Assembly (NCBI RefSeq): GCF_001194135.2
Contig: NC_068982.1
Coordinates: 1,957,817-2,021,816 of the forward strand
DNA length: 64,000 nucleotides
Reading direction: 5' to 3'
From: Octopus bimaculoides
Taxonomy: Eukaryota
Positions 12,750 to 26,219 of this stretch are shown here, in pieces. Positions within the stretch are counted from its first letter, which is position 1, and the number at the start of each line of letters is the position of its first letter. A program made the translations under genes and the position numbers. The notes under the pieces were generated by a model, which worked only from the letters and a program-made list of their open reading frames with translations, was not told the DNA's origin and ran no database searches.

Positions 12750-13769
12750 GTCTATCTATCCATCCATCCATCCAAACGTACATAAATATACATTTGTGTG
12801 TGTATGTGTGTATTAACTTTTTTTCCTTTTTGCACAACGCTAAATGGAAAGTGCTTTGAATAATTGTTTACTAATATTTAAAAAAAACAACCCCCTACGC
12901 CAACACACGGGCTTATACAAAAGTATTATACACAGGGATAAAATCACTTACAGATATGGACACCGAAACAGAGTTTCCCGTTTATAATTGTGTTAGAATT
13001 GCATTTCCTCGTTATTTCCTTCTTTAAGTCACCTTAAGCGACGATTAGTTTACTTCAATTACACACCTGTTAAATCCTTATTCACTTATTGATTTATGTT
13101 TCCTACTTTAGTGTTTCTTTCGTTCTTATATATTTCCTCAATAGCAATCTATCTATATTGAATCTTATGAAATTTTCCCCGAAGACAGAAATGCGTTTTT
13201 CGAATTATAATGCTCACGTGCAGATAAACTTATTTGCATTTATTTTATATTTTTCAACAGTTTCAGCTTCTCAATATCACTTATATGTTTGACATGGTGA
13301 ATGTTCATGTAATTAAGAAAAACATAGACGCTTCTAGGGATATTTGATTTTACTATAAATGGCTGTTGTGGATCAGAAATGGAAAAACGCCAGAATAGGT
13401 TTCTTTCTGTATTTAGTATAATTTCCTGTGAGATTTGCTTTCGTACGAAGTCGCGAGAACAAGTTCCTCTCATAAAGTAGGGTCTTCTGTAAATGATCTC
13501 AGCATTTAGTCACAACTGTGAAAGATGAGAAATAATAGGACAATGACATAGTTTCAAGTGACAGTGCTGCCAAACCCTCAAGAATTACGTGAAAGAGTTT
13601 GTATTTAATACTTCTTAAGGCAAAGCATTTGTCTCTATTCAAAACAGAATACTACTTCCAGTGACGCTTCATTGCCGAGTGGCATTCCACTTCATAGCTG
13701 AGAATATCATTAATGCTGAAACGTGATGCAATATGCATATACAGCGGTGGTCTTTTATTCTCTTATTCT

Positions 13770-14201
13770 TTTATTCTCTTATTTCAGTCATTGGATTGTG
13801 GCAATGGTTCGGTACTGCGTTGGAGAATATTAATCCAACGAATCGATCACGGAACATAGTTTCAATCCTGGTATATAGTCTATCGTTTTCTTTTCCCGAA
13901 CCGCTAAGTAATGGGGACGTAAACATCAAAAGCGGTTGTCAATCAGTGGTGGAGGAAAAAATACAACCACGCACACACACACGCACACATACATACACTC
14001 ACACATACGCACGCGCACACGTATAAACACGATGGCCTTCTTTTAGTTTCCGTCTACGAAATCCACTGACAAGGCTTTAGTCAACCCGAGTCTACAGCAG
14101 AAGACACTTGCCCAAAGTGCCACACAGCGGCCCAGAAACCGAAACCGTGAAACCTAGTGACTTGGAAGCAAACGTCTTACCATATGACGACGCCCGCGCC
14201 T
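13770..14201 (-). mobile_element. Composite SINE: tRNA/CORE-like 5' module (B), internal (CA)n microsatellite, 3' module (C)
   Basis: 14029-14201 is the B module (GGATTTCGTAGACGGAAACTAAAAGAAGGCC); 13781-13965 is the C module (CCGCTAAGTAATGGGGACGTAAACA on +). Same arrangement at 18.2 and 29.2 kb. Confidence 0.75.
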
Positions 14202-15136
14202 ACATTTATTAAGATTCTTTTTGAAGATGTTGACGTTTAAGAAAATGCATCAATTCTTATGAAGCTTCCCACTTCCATATGCGCATATAGATATGTATAT
14301 ATAATTTCTAGACTTCCCTTGTGTACTTATGTGCATTTCAGATTCTTCCCTGAGATAGTCATGCCTGGCTATAGTCATGCCTTTCAGCGAAGCATATACA
14401 TTTAATAAGTTTATTGCTAGTAGGGAAACAATATTTCGTTTTACAGCCATAATCTACTATCAAGTTATTTAAAGGTTTATAATTCATGACTCTGACCTAC
14501 TTTTCTGGGAGCAGTGCGTTGTTTTTATCTTCAAGTTTATCTACAGATTTTAGAGCTACAAAGTTACCCGTTTCGAATACGTCTATGTGAACACTGCGAT
14601 GGAAGATGGGAATATAGGTAATGGGTGTATATATTTGAAGAATTGAAGAAGGGGCAATACCTCCTCAAATACGTATATGCACCAATTAACTATTTTTCTA
14701 GCTTCGATCACATAGTTTATATATTTGTACACAAGACATGGTAACTCTCAGTGCTGGCTTTAAATTTTATAGAAAACATTTAATGATATACACTTGTCGC
14801 TTTTAATCTAACAGTCTTTCTGTTGTGTTCACCGAGTGTTTTTTTACGGCACAGCAAGCTCTCCCCAATATTAGTTAAAGCATTTTGTTTCTGTTTCCAA
14901 GGTTTCGCAGTTCGGATTTTGTTTAAGCAAGCAATGAATGGCTGCACGACATCGACGAGCAGAAATAAAGGCTAAAATGCGTGTGTCATACTTGAGCGTC
15001 TCTCCTGCGAAGGGTGTTTGCCACGTTTCAATATTCAGTGTTTATGAAAAGATGGTTCTCCCAAACAAAAATCCCCAGAATTATACCCTTTAACGGGGGT
15101 GTATACATTTGGCTTGATACACAGATAACGATTTGA

Positions 15137-15543
15137 TATATAAAATTGAAGTCAAGGAAAAGGAGAATGGTTGGACATTTATTTATTAGTCGCTACAATT
15201 GTTTCGACACAACATAGTTCTCCAAGACTACTGGTATTTGATTATGCAGCTGTTTGTTTGCATAATGAGATCCAGTTGTGTTTCCTCAGGCGATATACGA
15301 GTGCTGTCTCTGTTTGTTTAAACCACGACGAACAGAGAAGATGGCTTTGAAGTCGAAAATTTTAAACTAACAGAGACAACACTCGTATATCGTCCGAGGA
15401 AAACAAGTGGATCTCATTATGAAAACAAACAGTTTCATAATGAAATACTTGTATTCTTGGAGAATTACGTTGTGTCGAAACAATTGTAGCGATTAATGTC
15501 CAGCCGTACTCCTTCTTGAATCCAGTTTCTTCAATCTTATATT
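15137..15543. repeat. Foldback inverted repeat: ~185-bp arms, ~38-bp spacer (15323-15360)
   Basis: Left arm CGCTACAATTGTTTCGACACAAC..CATAATGAGATCCA..ATATACGAGTG..TCTCTGTT..TTTAAA mirrors the right arm 15361-15543. Confidence 0.9.
15190..15293 (-). ncRNA. Type-I hammerhead ribozyme with a large helix-II insertion, core intact
   Basis: Minus strand TCGC-CTGAGGA-A-ACACAAC-(61 nt incl. ATTATGCA/TGCATAAT hairpin)-GTTGTGT-C-GAA-ACAATTGT-A-GCGA, then AATAAA. Palindromic helix III, GUA triplet. The mirror copy in the right arm has CCGAGGA (U4>C). Confidence 0.65.
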
Positions 15544-15929
15544 CACACGATAAATTTAAACTTGGAAGTATGTAATATTGATAATAATAATACAGATAGT
15601 ACTCGGTNNNNNNNNNNATATATGAGTGTGGGTGGGTGTGAATAAATATTGTTTATTCTCTTCTATTTATCATATAATCTCGTCCAATTTTGCAAGAAAT
15701 ATATCTTGTCAGCTTACATATTAGCAGGGATTATTCAAGTATTTTGCAACTGAACTGGTTTACAAATATGTGCCTCACTCAGAATCGACCTCTGCTTTCA
15801 CATTTGTGCCCTTCTCTTTTTAAAATTGCACTTTTTCTTCTTCTAGAATAACAATTTATGGAATCTAAGCAGCATTGGCTATTATATAATTCGAGAGCTT
15901 ATTGGTTACTGAATTCACTAAATTACACG

Positions 15930-16330
15930 GCAATTGAACAGCTGCCAGATATTTTGTACCCCCACTCCTACAGAATGTGCCCTTCGAATAAGAAGAGATG
16001 AAGAAAAAAAATAATCATAACTCTGTAACGGACAAAAATTGATTTTCGAAAGGAAATCGTAGTCAGAATTAAAGGAAAAACTGTAGCTTTAACAATAACG
16101 AAGGATATTTTCGGAGCAAAGAAAAATTGTACGCCGATTAGGAATAGTAAATGAGCAAGAATTCGGCTCATTTTACCGGATGAAATGTCTCGTATTGCAC
16201 TTATCTTTGAATAAAGAAATTTTGGGAAGCGGGATGTTGTTACGAAAACCTTCAAGAAATTTGGCATACGTAGCAATTTAGATGGCACTAAAGCTGACTA
16301 GTGCGATGAAGATGCAAACTTCTCAAAATT
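15930..16330 (+). pseudogene. Possible decayed pogo/Tigger-like (DDE_1) transposase fragment
   Basis: IDFRKEIVVRIKGK and VVTKTFKKFGIRSNLDGTKAD resemble pogo-family FPKGIVVRV..KG and KSFKKCGISNALDGTEDD; interrupted by stops. Confidence 0.4.
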
Positions 16331-18061
16331 CAAACATCTTAACAAATTATTTTAAAGTTTCCAATGGAGCAATGCTGCTGAAGACTGTGTGTGCGTGTGT
16401 CTTTCTGTCAGTTCATTTCAATATGTTTATTTTTTACAACTATGAAACCTATGATTATTATAAGAAGTAAACCCTTTTATTTCCATTGCCTGTTTTCCTA
16501 CAATTTAAGAAAATGCTTAGAGAAGTCTATACATTTAGCAATTAAAACCTTTGTATTTTATGTTTGCAAAAACAATTCTCTTCAAAATAAGATCATGTCC
16601 ATGCAACTTATATGTTGTTAAATTCTGTGCATTTAATTAGTATCACTAAGAGCTTACGTAAACTAGAGCCCGATTCTCCATACAAACGGCACGGAGAATA
16701 ACCGAACGAGAGAACGCTAGACATCTTCCAATATTTCTACTAGTTGCTTAATCTTAAAATGACTCTAGAAATATATCACTTCATTTCTCTTTCTCTCTCT
16801 TTCTTTCTCATTCTGTTTTTTCTTTCTTTTTCTGTCTCTCACACACACTTCGTACCTAACTGTTGTCTTTTTTTCTCGCTCAGATTCTCCAACTTGCTAA
16901 ATAATGTAACGTGCTTATAATTCAACACTTATACTTACAACAGTACCCCTATATTAAGCAATTATAAAGAACTGGTGAAATCTATAAGAGAACAGAACAT
17001 TTTTAGAAAGATGTTATAGTATTACTCGTCGTACAACCTGAAATATATCGCCGAACATTCAGAAATATAAAAGCAATATATCAATACCACGATATTTCTA
17101 CAGTATCTCTTATCGAAGTCACTCACTTCACAGCCTCTATTTTCGCCCACTCCCTATCGTAAATCGGTCACACACACACACAAACATATACACAATGAAA
17201 ATAATACACCCACCTAAAATTCCCAGCCTATATCATGCGACTCTAGGAACACTCTTCACTGCCATATCACAAACAAATCTCCTATCTCATATAATATATG
17301 CGGCTAACGTCACTACGGTATCATCTAATAATCAATTAATCAAATTTCGAATGAGTTCAATCATCGCGTTAAATAAGCAGAGAGGATAAGTCAACAAAAT
17401 CTAGAACTTAAAAGAATCCCGAAACTACAGCCATAGCTTGGAACATTTTAAACATATCAATGCAGCGAAACAAGCTATTCGCTTTAGCAAGCAAAACATT
17501 TTAAATGTAAATCTCCACAAACAGCGATTGCTTTTCTCTTAAGCGATATATCTTTATGCACACAAACACTCACAACATTCTGCAAAACCCCATTACTCTT
17601 ATGATGCACAGTGCCTAACAAGCGCAATGTGGAAATGTGTCTACATTTGCGAATAATCAAATGTATGTATCCTTATGTATTTATTGTTTATACCATTTTG
17701 TATATTAGTATACAAATAAGTGACTGTCCACTCCTACGTGACTGATTACGTTTGCCATTCATGATTTTACTTGCATATTCTTGTGCCTACGCCTATATAT
17801 ACGACTGTCTTTGCACATATTGCACTGTTCTATATAGATAGAACAGTGGTCTATGTGGATTTCAATATCCACTTAAGAAGAGATCCCCGCTAGAACTCGT
17901 ACATATGGCCTATTGCGTCTGTACTTTACAGTTGCCCTCCAAACGTCGGTGTAGTCGATTCCACCTACTTTTAGAGAGCGACTGCTGCTGTAACAGGACG
18001 CTAGGGAATTTGAATGGGTTAACGGAACCCACATAATTGGAATTTCCTTAGACTGTTCTTT

Positions 18062-18100
18062 TCTTCTGAAGATGGGCCTTTGCGGCCTGAAATATAAAAA
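18062..18100 (+). ncRNA. Minimal hammerhead motif, core intact, weak helix I
   Basis: TCTT-CTGAAGA-T-GGGCC tttgc GGCCT-GAA-ATAT-A-AAAA: 5-bp helix II, palindromic ATAT helix III, helix I with one mismatch. Confidence 0.5.
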
Positions 18101-18154
18101 TTTTATCAAACTTCCCGCATTGTCAGAAGCGTTCCATGTTCTCTCTTTTTGTCT

Positions 18155-18214
<60 letters not shown>

Positions 18215-18217
<3 letters not shown>

Positions 18218-18520
18218 TTGTTTCAGTCATCCGACTTCGGCCATGCTGGTGCAGCGCCTTGAAGGGTTCTTTTTTAAATCGAACAAATGGATCCCAGGAC
18301 TTTTTTTGAAGCGTAATAATAATTCTATCGCTAAGTTACGGGGACGTAAACACACCATCATCGGTTGTCAAGCGGGGATGGGGAGACAAACATGGACACA
18401 AAGACACAGACATAGACACATACACACACACATACACACACACATACATACATACATACATACATACATACATACATGTGACGTGCTTCTTTCAGTTTCC
18501 GTCTACCAAATTCACTCACA
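18215..18520 (-). mobile_element. Composite SINE (partial B, microsatellite, C)
   Basis: C module 18215-18410 (GCTAAGTTACGGGGACGTAAACACACCATCATCGGTTGTCAAGCG), (CA)/(TACA)n, then CTTCTTTCAGTTTCCGTCTACCAAAT of B. Confidence 0.75.
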
Positions 18521-19237
18521 TCCATTACTGACCACACACACACGCACACGTAAAAGTCACCCCCTCTCTCTGCTGCCGAGAGATCAACGCATTTAGTCGG
18601 TATTGTGCCATTTCCACAATTCGATCAAGCTATCCACTGATTAAAACAATTCTTATGGGGAATGTGAAAAACATCGGCTGAAAATTAGAACAAAGTTTTC
18701 GCCGATTATAAAAGTGACGTAAATGAGTCTAACATGAATCTCTCCTCTGACGAAATATCGATACTTGAAACACGATCGATCCTTCTCATGGAGCACCGAC
18801 AGAACCAATTTCTTATGTATCATATATAACACCTGCAAAAGAATAAAATATTTATTGATTAAAATATATCAATCGAACAAAAGAATTTTGTACTCGCGCG
18901 TATGTATCTCTCACACCCACACAAACATATATATATATATATATANNNNNNNNNNNNNNNNNNNNNNNNNNNNNNNNNNNNNNNNNNNNNNNNNNNNNNN
19001 NNNNNNNNNNNNNNNNNNNNNNNNNNNNNNNNNNNNNNNNNNNNNNNNNNNNNNNNNNNNNNNNNNNNNNNNNNNNNNNNNNNNNNNNNNNNNNNNNNNN
19101 NNNNNNNNNNNNNNNNNNNNNNNNNNNNNNNNNNNNNNNNNNNNNNNNNNNNNNNNNNNNNNNNNNNNNNNNNNNNNNNNNNNNNNNNNNNNNNNNNNNN
19201 NNNNNNNNNNNNNNNNNNNNNNNNNNNNNNNNNNNNN

Positions 19238-19274
<37 letters not shown>

Positions 19275-22200
19275 TTATATTTACGTAAGCACATATACAT
19301 GCACAGTTGCATTCGCTCATACGCACATACACGCCCATGTTTCATGTCATTTATGTAATGCGCCTATCAACAGAAAAATCGACCTCTTCCTACGCAGGGA
19401 AATGTGTAAAACACTTGTATTGCGAAAACTTTCACTCGAGAGCAATATTTTTTCTTCTTCAATATTCATGAATATATTTATGAGTACATTTACACCTCAA
19501 ATACTACACATATAAGAGTGCATCAGCCAAAGTCCGTCTGTCTGTCTGTTTATCTATCTATCTATTTTAACCCTCCTTCACTCGCCTATTGTATGTGTCT
19601 GTGTGGGTGCATGCGTGTGTGTGTGCATGGCTGTGTGCATGCATTTATATATTCTCGTATAAATTTTCATGGAGTCAATGCCTATTAATAAAGGCGTCAC
19701 TTACGCATTGTTCTTATGTGATAATACACATTATCTCTACTCATTTCTCTGCTTATCAATTTGTTCATACTCCGTTTTCCCACACCTACACACACACACA
19801 CATGCGCGCTCACAGCCACACACACACACTCGTGTGCGGACACACTCAAGCACACGCATTAGAATATATACACATATATGCACATAAAAAACACACACAC
19901 ACACACACATACCTGTTTCGAATATCTGTCACACAACATTTGTGCTTTCCCACGCTTATTGATTGATAATTTAAGCCTTCAATGACCTATTTCAGCCGTG
20001 GATTTGGTTCGCTTGTTGTAGTTTATTAATTAATTATACTGCAACTGGCTGCACGTCTAGATTTATTGTTCAAGAGTGTGTATGTATGTATGTATGTATA
20101 CATAGAGAGAGAAATCTGTTGTGTAAGACCGGAGCAGATCCCTAATGTTATACAACACATTGCTTTACCAAAACTACCTCAGGTATATATATATATATAT
20201 TCTAGCTTATACTCTATGTTCGATATTGATAAGCCTAAATGCAGCCTAATAAGCCTAAATGCAGGTTCGGACAATGTTTGTATTGTGAAATACTTGCTGC
20301 CTTCCCTGCATGTAAGTCTAAATATCTGCTCTGGCTATGTTATCCAAAAGACGGTGCAACGGAGAACCAGTCTTCTCTGTTGGCGTTGCCAGCAGAGCGC
20401 AAAGAGCCGAAACAGATACAACCAAGTACTCTGTTCCATGCACTCACATTTTTGTCTTTTAAAATTCGTACTTTCTCCATCGACATAGAAGTGATGACAA
20501 GCAAATCTGATCTCGACGAAATTCAAACTCCAAATGCAGAGCGTCGTAGGAAATATCGTGTGTTATTTGATCTTATACTGAAAGAACTCTATCAGTACAC
20601 GACTTAGATAGGTCGATATCGATGAATATGTATGAGCGACATTCGTTTGATCAAGACTGTCCAAATTCTTGCACGAGAACTTCTATGTGACAGATGTTTG
20701 ATGCAGAATGAGGACAAAGGACATTACACTATATTCACTATCGAAATTTACCAGAATACAGAGCAGGAAAGTACGATTCGAGATTGTGTTTCCCTTCTAA
20801 TTCTGATCTATCTCATCCTATTTACTTTCAAAAATTGAACTTTATGAACACTTGTGCTTGTAGCACAATGTATATTATATTGTGGCCTTGTTGCAGTTCA
20901 GCTGAGTGCTATGAAATGAGGTCGAAACCGGAAACGTTCGTTTGTAAGGTCTGCATGAGAAGGAAGGGCAATAGGGTGGTGACAAACTTTTACTTGATGA
21001 AACTCCATTTTATTCATTGCAAGCAATAATACCAGATAATGTTTACCTTTTCCCGATACCATGCTGAAAGAAGAAGCGTTTTATATAGAAGGCATGATAA
21101 AATATTGATTAAGAATCGAAGCCAGTGGTTCGTTTCACTTCGTATAGTTCTATTTACATACATTGACGAGCGATTAAGTTATTGTTGTTGTTTAGATCCA
21201 GTTCAGTGCTTATCGAAATAGAGCTATTAATCAAAATTATTTCAGCCATGACGTTCCTCATTTTTCACTGATGACAACGACGCTGTCCAATGTATGTTAA
21301 TGTGTGGGTTTCTCATCTGACTAGGAAAATTGTAAGAGCTAGCTGGTATTTCTAACAAGTATAGCAACTACAATGAGACATCTGCATTGGCTCATACCAG
21401 TTATTATTGCTATGTGGTCAAGTAAAATGCTTATGCAAAATATAGACACATAAATAAATATATACTATTAGATAATGGACATAGAGTTCCGATGTGGAAA
21501 GCTAGCAAATACTAAAATTCGAAAAAGATTTAGCTCTGAATTTCAATAAATTCCATTTAATCAAGTGCATAAGCAATCTGCTATAATATTAAATATGAAC
21601 ATTTATAAGCTTAGATAGGTGTCATGCTATCATGATTTGAAATTTAACTTCATATTCAAACTGGTACCCCTGTAAAACCACACTACAATCCTCTGCAGAT
21701 GAAGCGATATGGGGATAATTCCACTCAGACTAGCTATCAACATACCTGTTAGTGTTATAAGAACACGAAGAGCAACAGAAAGGTCGGTTCGCGTTACAGT
21801 TGTGTGGGGATCGAAGCAGTAACACCCGGTGGAAATAATGTCTGATCTGTACTGGCAAAGAAAATACTTAGCCATGGGTTAAAATTATCTTCAAGAACGA
21901 GGCCATCACTAAGAATGAGTACACTCGGCACTCGATCATGTGAATTTAATATAACCATGAATATTGCTCACACTCGAAAAAAATCAGATAAGGAAGTAAA
22001 GGAGATTATGCAAAGCCGTTTGAACTTCGAGAGATTAGTCTTGTTCGATCATTCGTGAGTCATCAATGCTTGTGGAACAAAGGCAAAAAAATATAAAGGA
22101 ATAAGGCTGGAACGTCTGAAGAATGAAAGATTCCCTGCATATGTACAGCTCTGATGAATTCTTCATTCTGGGCTAGCTTAGATATGAACAGACTAATATT

Positions 22201-23361
22201 TAAGGCTTACACCTCTAAATTTCATTCACCTAATTGACTTATGAGACGATAGTACATAGTATTTTTAGTATATAGTATTTTTAAGTGTTAACAATTATTG
22301 GAAACGAGTTCAATCCTGGGGTCAATAAGTCTATATAAACTGAAGTTTTAATGGGACGCGCAGGTGGCATCTGACAGGAACGAATAACTAATACGATAAT
22401 GTTTCCGACATGGGCTGCAGGATAAAAAAAAACCCCAAAAACTACAATCTACTTCCCTGGGTTGAATTATAGATTTTGTTGGAAACAAATGGTAGTAGAG
22501 TTTAGCTGATCTATTTGATTTACAGTATTAATTTTCTACAGAAAATATAAATTCTCAATTACAATTCACGTACGATTTTCTTCACACGAACATGTCCCCT
22601 GTCTCACGTCAGCTCTGACCGCGTTGACCTGTGGCATTGTAATAATAAGATATCCGACATCGAGCTACTCGTAGTTTTGTATTAATGACCAGATTTGATC
22701 AATGTACTGTTCTAAAGTTTAAGATTGTTGGGTGTGATTTGAGGGTTATTTAACTACTGTTATCTACTGATCATATAGAACCTTCCTCACCAACCCAACA
22801 ACGTCACTATCAGTCAGAACGCATGAAGCTGTCTTTTATTCATCATTAAAAGCTGATTTATGAGCTTTTCTACTTCATATACTGTTTCTATTCTTTTCCA
22901 ATTCTTTTTTGCTTTTTGCAATTCTTCGTGTTTTCCTTCAGGAATTAATTTCCCGCACGTTTTTTTTTCTCTGTGTGTATGTACCTATGTGTTAAAACAT
23001 ATGTTGGTGTCCATGTGTGAGTAACTACGCGTGTACATGTGTGCACACACACACACACATAAGGGTATATACACACATATATAAGTGTATGTACATGAGT
23101 GCATGCATCGATATACCTGTATGCGCGTGATGGCGTGTGTTTGTGCACGCGCACATGTGTATATCACCACTTTCTTCCCTTGTGAAATTTTCCATCAGAG
23201 CATATTGTTTTATTCACTCTCTCGGGATACAAGCTCTGTGTATTTCGCTGACTATCCACATTCACAAGTATATGCACGTTCTCACATATATATATATACG
23301 CCGGAAATGGTTTGCGCAGTTGTATGTAGGCAGCTCTTAGAGCAACGCGTGTTTAGGCTTG

Positions 23362-23409
<48 letters not shown>

Positions 23410-24244
23410 CATCCACACACGCACACACGTGTATATATAAGAATGTATGCACACACTGCCATACACAGACAACCACACGTACGTACACACTTATTGCCAC
23501 AGATGGTCAAGTAGTTAGACGTTGACGTATCCGGGTAAGTATCGATAGTTGATTGATTCGGCTGATAAATATTTCATTGATACATTATCAAATAACGCAT
23601 TAACTACAAATATATTACATTATTCAATTTGTGCGTTTCTATTTTATTGATTACACACGTAGAAAAAATGTCAAAATATTGAAAATATTATATAAGCAAT
23701 TATCGCATGTATATTTTCGTAGAAGTTAATATCCTTAGCTCTATTGTTCTCCTAGACTATTTGTGATCTGACACTTTTCAGAAGAGAGTAATGACAAATG
23801 GGATATTTTTACAGATCACGCAATGTTTTTTATGGAACGAAAGAATGGATGAAACATAAAAAAACCGAAAGAGGGAACGACAAAAATGAATGAATGGATC
23901 AAGAAGCGCAGATGATATGTAGAAATCGAAATTGTGTCATCAATTATGCTGTGAGACAAGCATAGTCTGTGATCTCATTTATTGAATGTACTTTATACAT
24001 AAAAGATCCTAGTTTGACTTATGATGGACATAGTTTCAATAGGAGTTTTAGAGTTGTCACATCTGTCATGGTAGCTGACTGAAATTTGCATATCAATAAA
24101 TGTTACACAGAATTACTTTTAACGGTTTATTTCTACTACTACATCAATAAATGCTTTTCTCTAGATGCGTACCATATTTACGATGAGGTATATTTCCGAA
24201 TTCGTATTAAAAGAAACTTCGTAAAACATTATTCATTCAGCGTA

Positions 24245-24400
24245 AGTAAGCAGAATTCTTACTCTACGGTCCTGAGTTCAAATTCTGCTCCAGTCGATGT
24301 TGGCATTCATCATCCTTAAGAGCTGATAAATTAAGTACCATTCAAGTGCTAGGGGGTGATATAATCGATGGCCCCCTCCCCTCAAATCTACTGATCTATA
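24245..24400 (+). mobile_element. SINE family A (decayed)
   Basis: CTGAGTTCAAATTC..CATCC..GATAAATTAAGTACC..GGGGTGATATAATCGAT. Confidence 0.65.
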
Positions 24401-25435
24401 CACTGTATATAATATGCTCTAAATGAAATCGTAGTAAAATTCCCGCCAGTGAAATTCTGTAAATTATGGGGGAAAGCGATGACCGAATCGAATGGCCGAC
24501 TTAGTGTTTTCTCTGCGTTGTGAGCGTGACAACACTTAACGAACTCATTTCACGGGACACTTAAAAATAGATACTTTAGGAAAAACACAACAAAGTATAC
24601 ACATGATTCAGTAGGTTCTGGTTATTCATAAACTACGCATTTTACTTAAAATACCACGGGTGATGTTGACTCACATTGATTTCCCCATTGATGGATATCA
24701 CTAAAAGTTATTGTGTAATATATTCTAAGAATAACAAAAATGATATCTACAATGAAAAGTTATAGAAGTACAATAATCCTTGTAAACAGAATCGCTGAAT
24801 GATTTCCTTGGCGGTTCTATGAATATTATATTTCTTATCTAATTCCTATTTCAAAATATATTATTTGTAACAATATATATCACTATCGTTTTCATACTGT
24901 AGGTGAGTTCAGTCTCTCGGTCGAAGAATGTAACCTGAAGATATTATAAAAAATGTTATGCTCCTACCTCTATTATATTTGATTAACCGCGCATGTCAAT
25001 GAAGGCGCCGCCACGTAATTGCAATTAAATCAGCACTCAAACATACAAAATAGTAACTAAAAACAGGAAGTATACATTGTTTAATGTAAGCGCAGATTTA
25101 TTATGTCTGCATTTAAAACAAAAAAACTGAAAAACCTTTCGTCATGGATCTGTTCAGTTAGGTTTAACAAAAACAACGGCACGGACTCGCATACGTAACC
25201 ACTATAAATAGAACGAGTTATAAGTGTGGAAACTTATAGATAGCATTGCTATTATGCAAAAGTCTCGTAAGTCTAAAACATTGTTTTTCCAGAAAACGAA
25301 AAACTAGTTTCACCATTTCATAGCAAAACCGTTGTACTACACTTTGACAATTTTTGATATCTTGGCATCCGAAGCATTGGAGATACAATAATTTGACCCA
25401 AAACCTCCGGCTATACGACAATTTAACATAACAGC

Positions 25436-25474
<39 letters not shown>

Positions 25475-25526
25475 GTATGTGTATGTATCAGTGTGTGTGT
25501 GTGTGTGTGTGTGTGTGGATGTGCAT

Positions 25527-25742
25527 AAGGTGATTTGGTGGAATTGTTAGAACTCCAGACAAAATACTTAGCAGAATGTCTGCTGATTTTACGTTCTGAG
25601 TTCAAGTGCCACCGGGGTCGTCTTTACCTTTCATCCTTTCGGGGTCAATAGAATAAGTATCAGTTGATCATTAGGGTTGATGTAATCGACTTACCTCCCT
25701 TACCATGAAAGTTCTGGCCTTGTGCTAAAGTTTGAAACCAAT
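25527..25742 (+). mobile_element. SINE family A, full length
   Basis: Head AAGGTGATTTGGTGGAATTGTTAG, B box GAGTTCAAGT, CATCCTTTCGGGGTCAATAGAATAAGTA, end TTTGAAACCAAT. Confidence 0.8.
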
Positions 25743-25746
25743 TTAC

Positions 25747-25777
<31 letters not shown>

Positions 25778-26028
25778 CGTGTATTCTATGTTCAGTAAAT
25801 ATAAAAATAATTATACATTTATAAAACAAGAATATCATTACCGTTGACTTCGGAATTCCGACGAAGATTTAACTGACAGAAACTGAATACTCACTTTTAC
25901 TAAGTTACTTTTTAGAGCATAACACACAAACACAAACACACACATATATACATATATACTTAGTCACTTTAGTGGTGACTATTCTTCTGCTTTTCGGTTC
26001 TAAATTGCGAAAAGCCACCTTTAATAAT

Positions 26029-26086
<58 letters not shown>

Positions 26087-26110
26087 TACATATTTATAAA
26101 TGCATATATT

Positions 26111-26219
<109 letters not shown>

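Noticed and set aside
18750-18785. CTGACGA..GAAACACGATC hammerhead-like motif
   Set aside because: Helices I and III do not pair.
20239-20838. ORFs of 122-140 aa and GAAAC motifs
   Set aside because: No recognisable domain, weak splice context and no complete ribozyme core. The 20915-20940 motif lacks CUGA.
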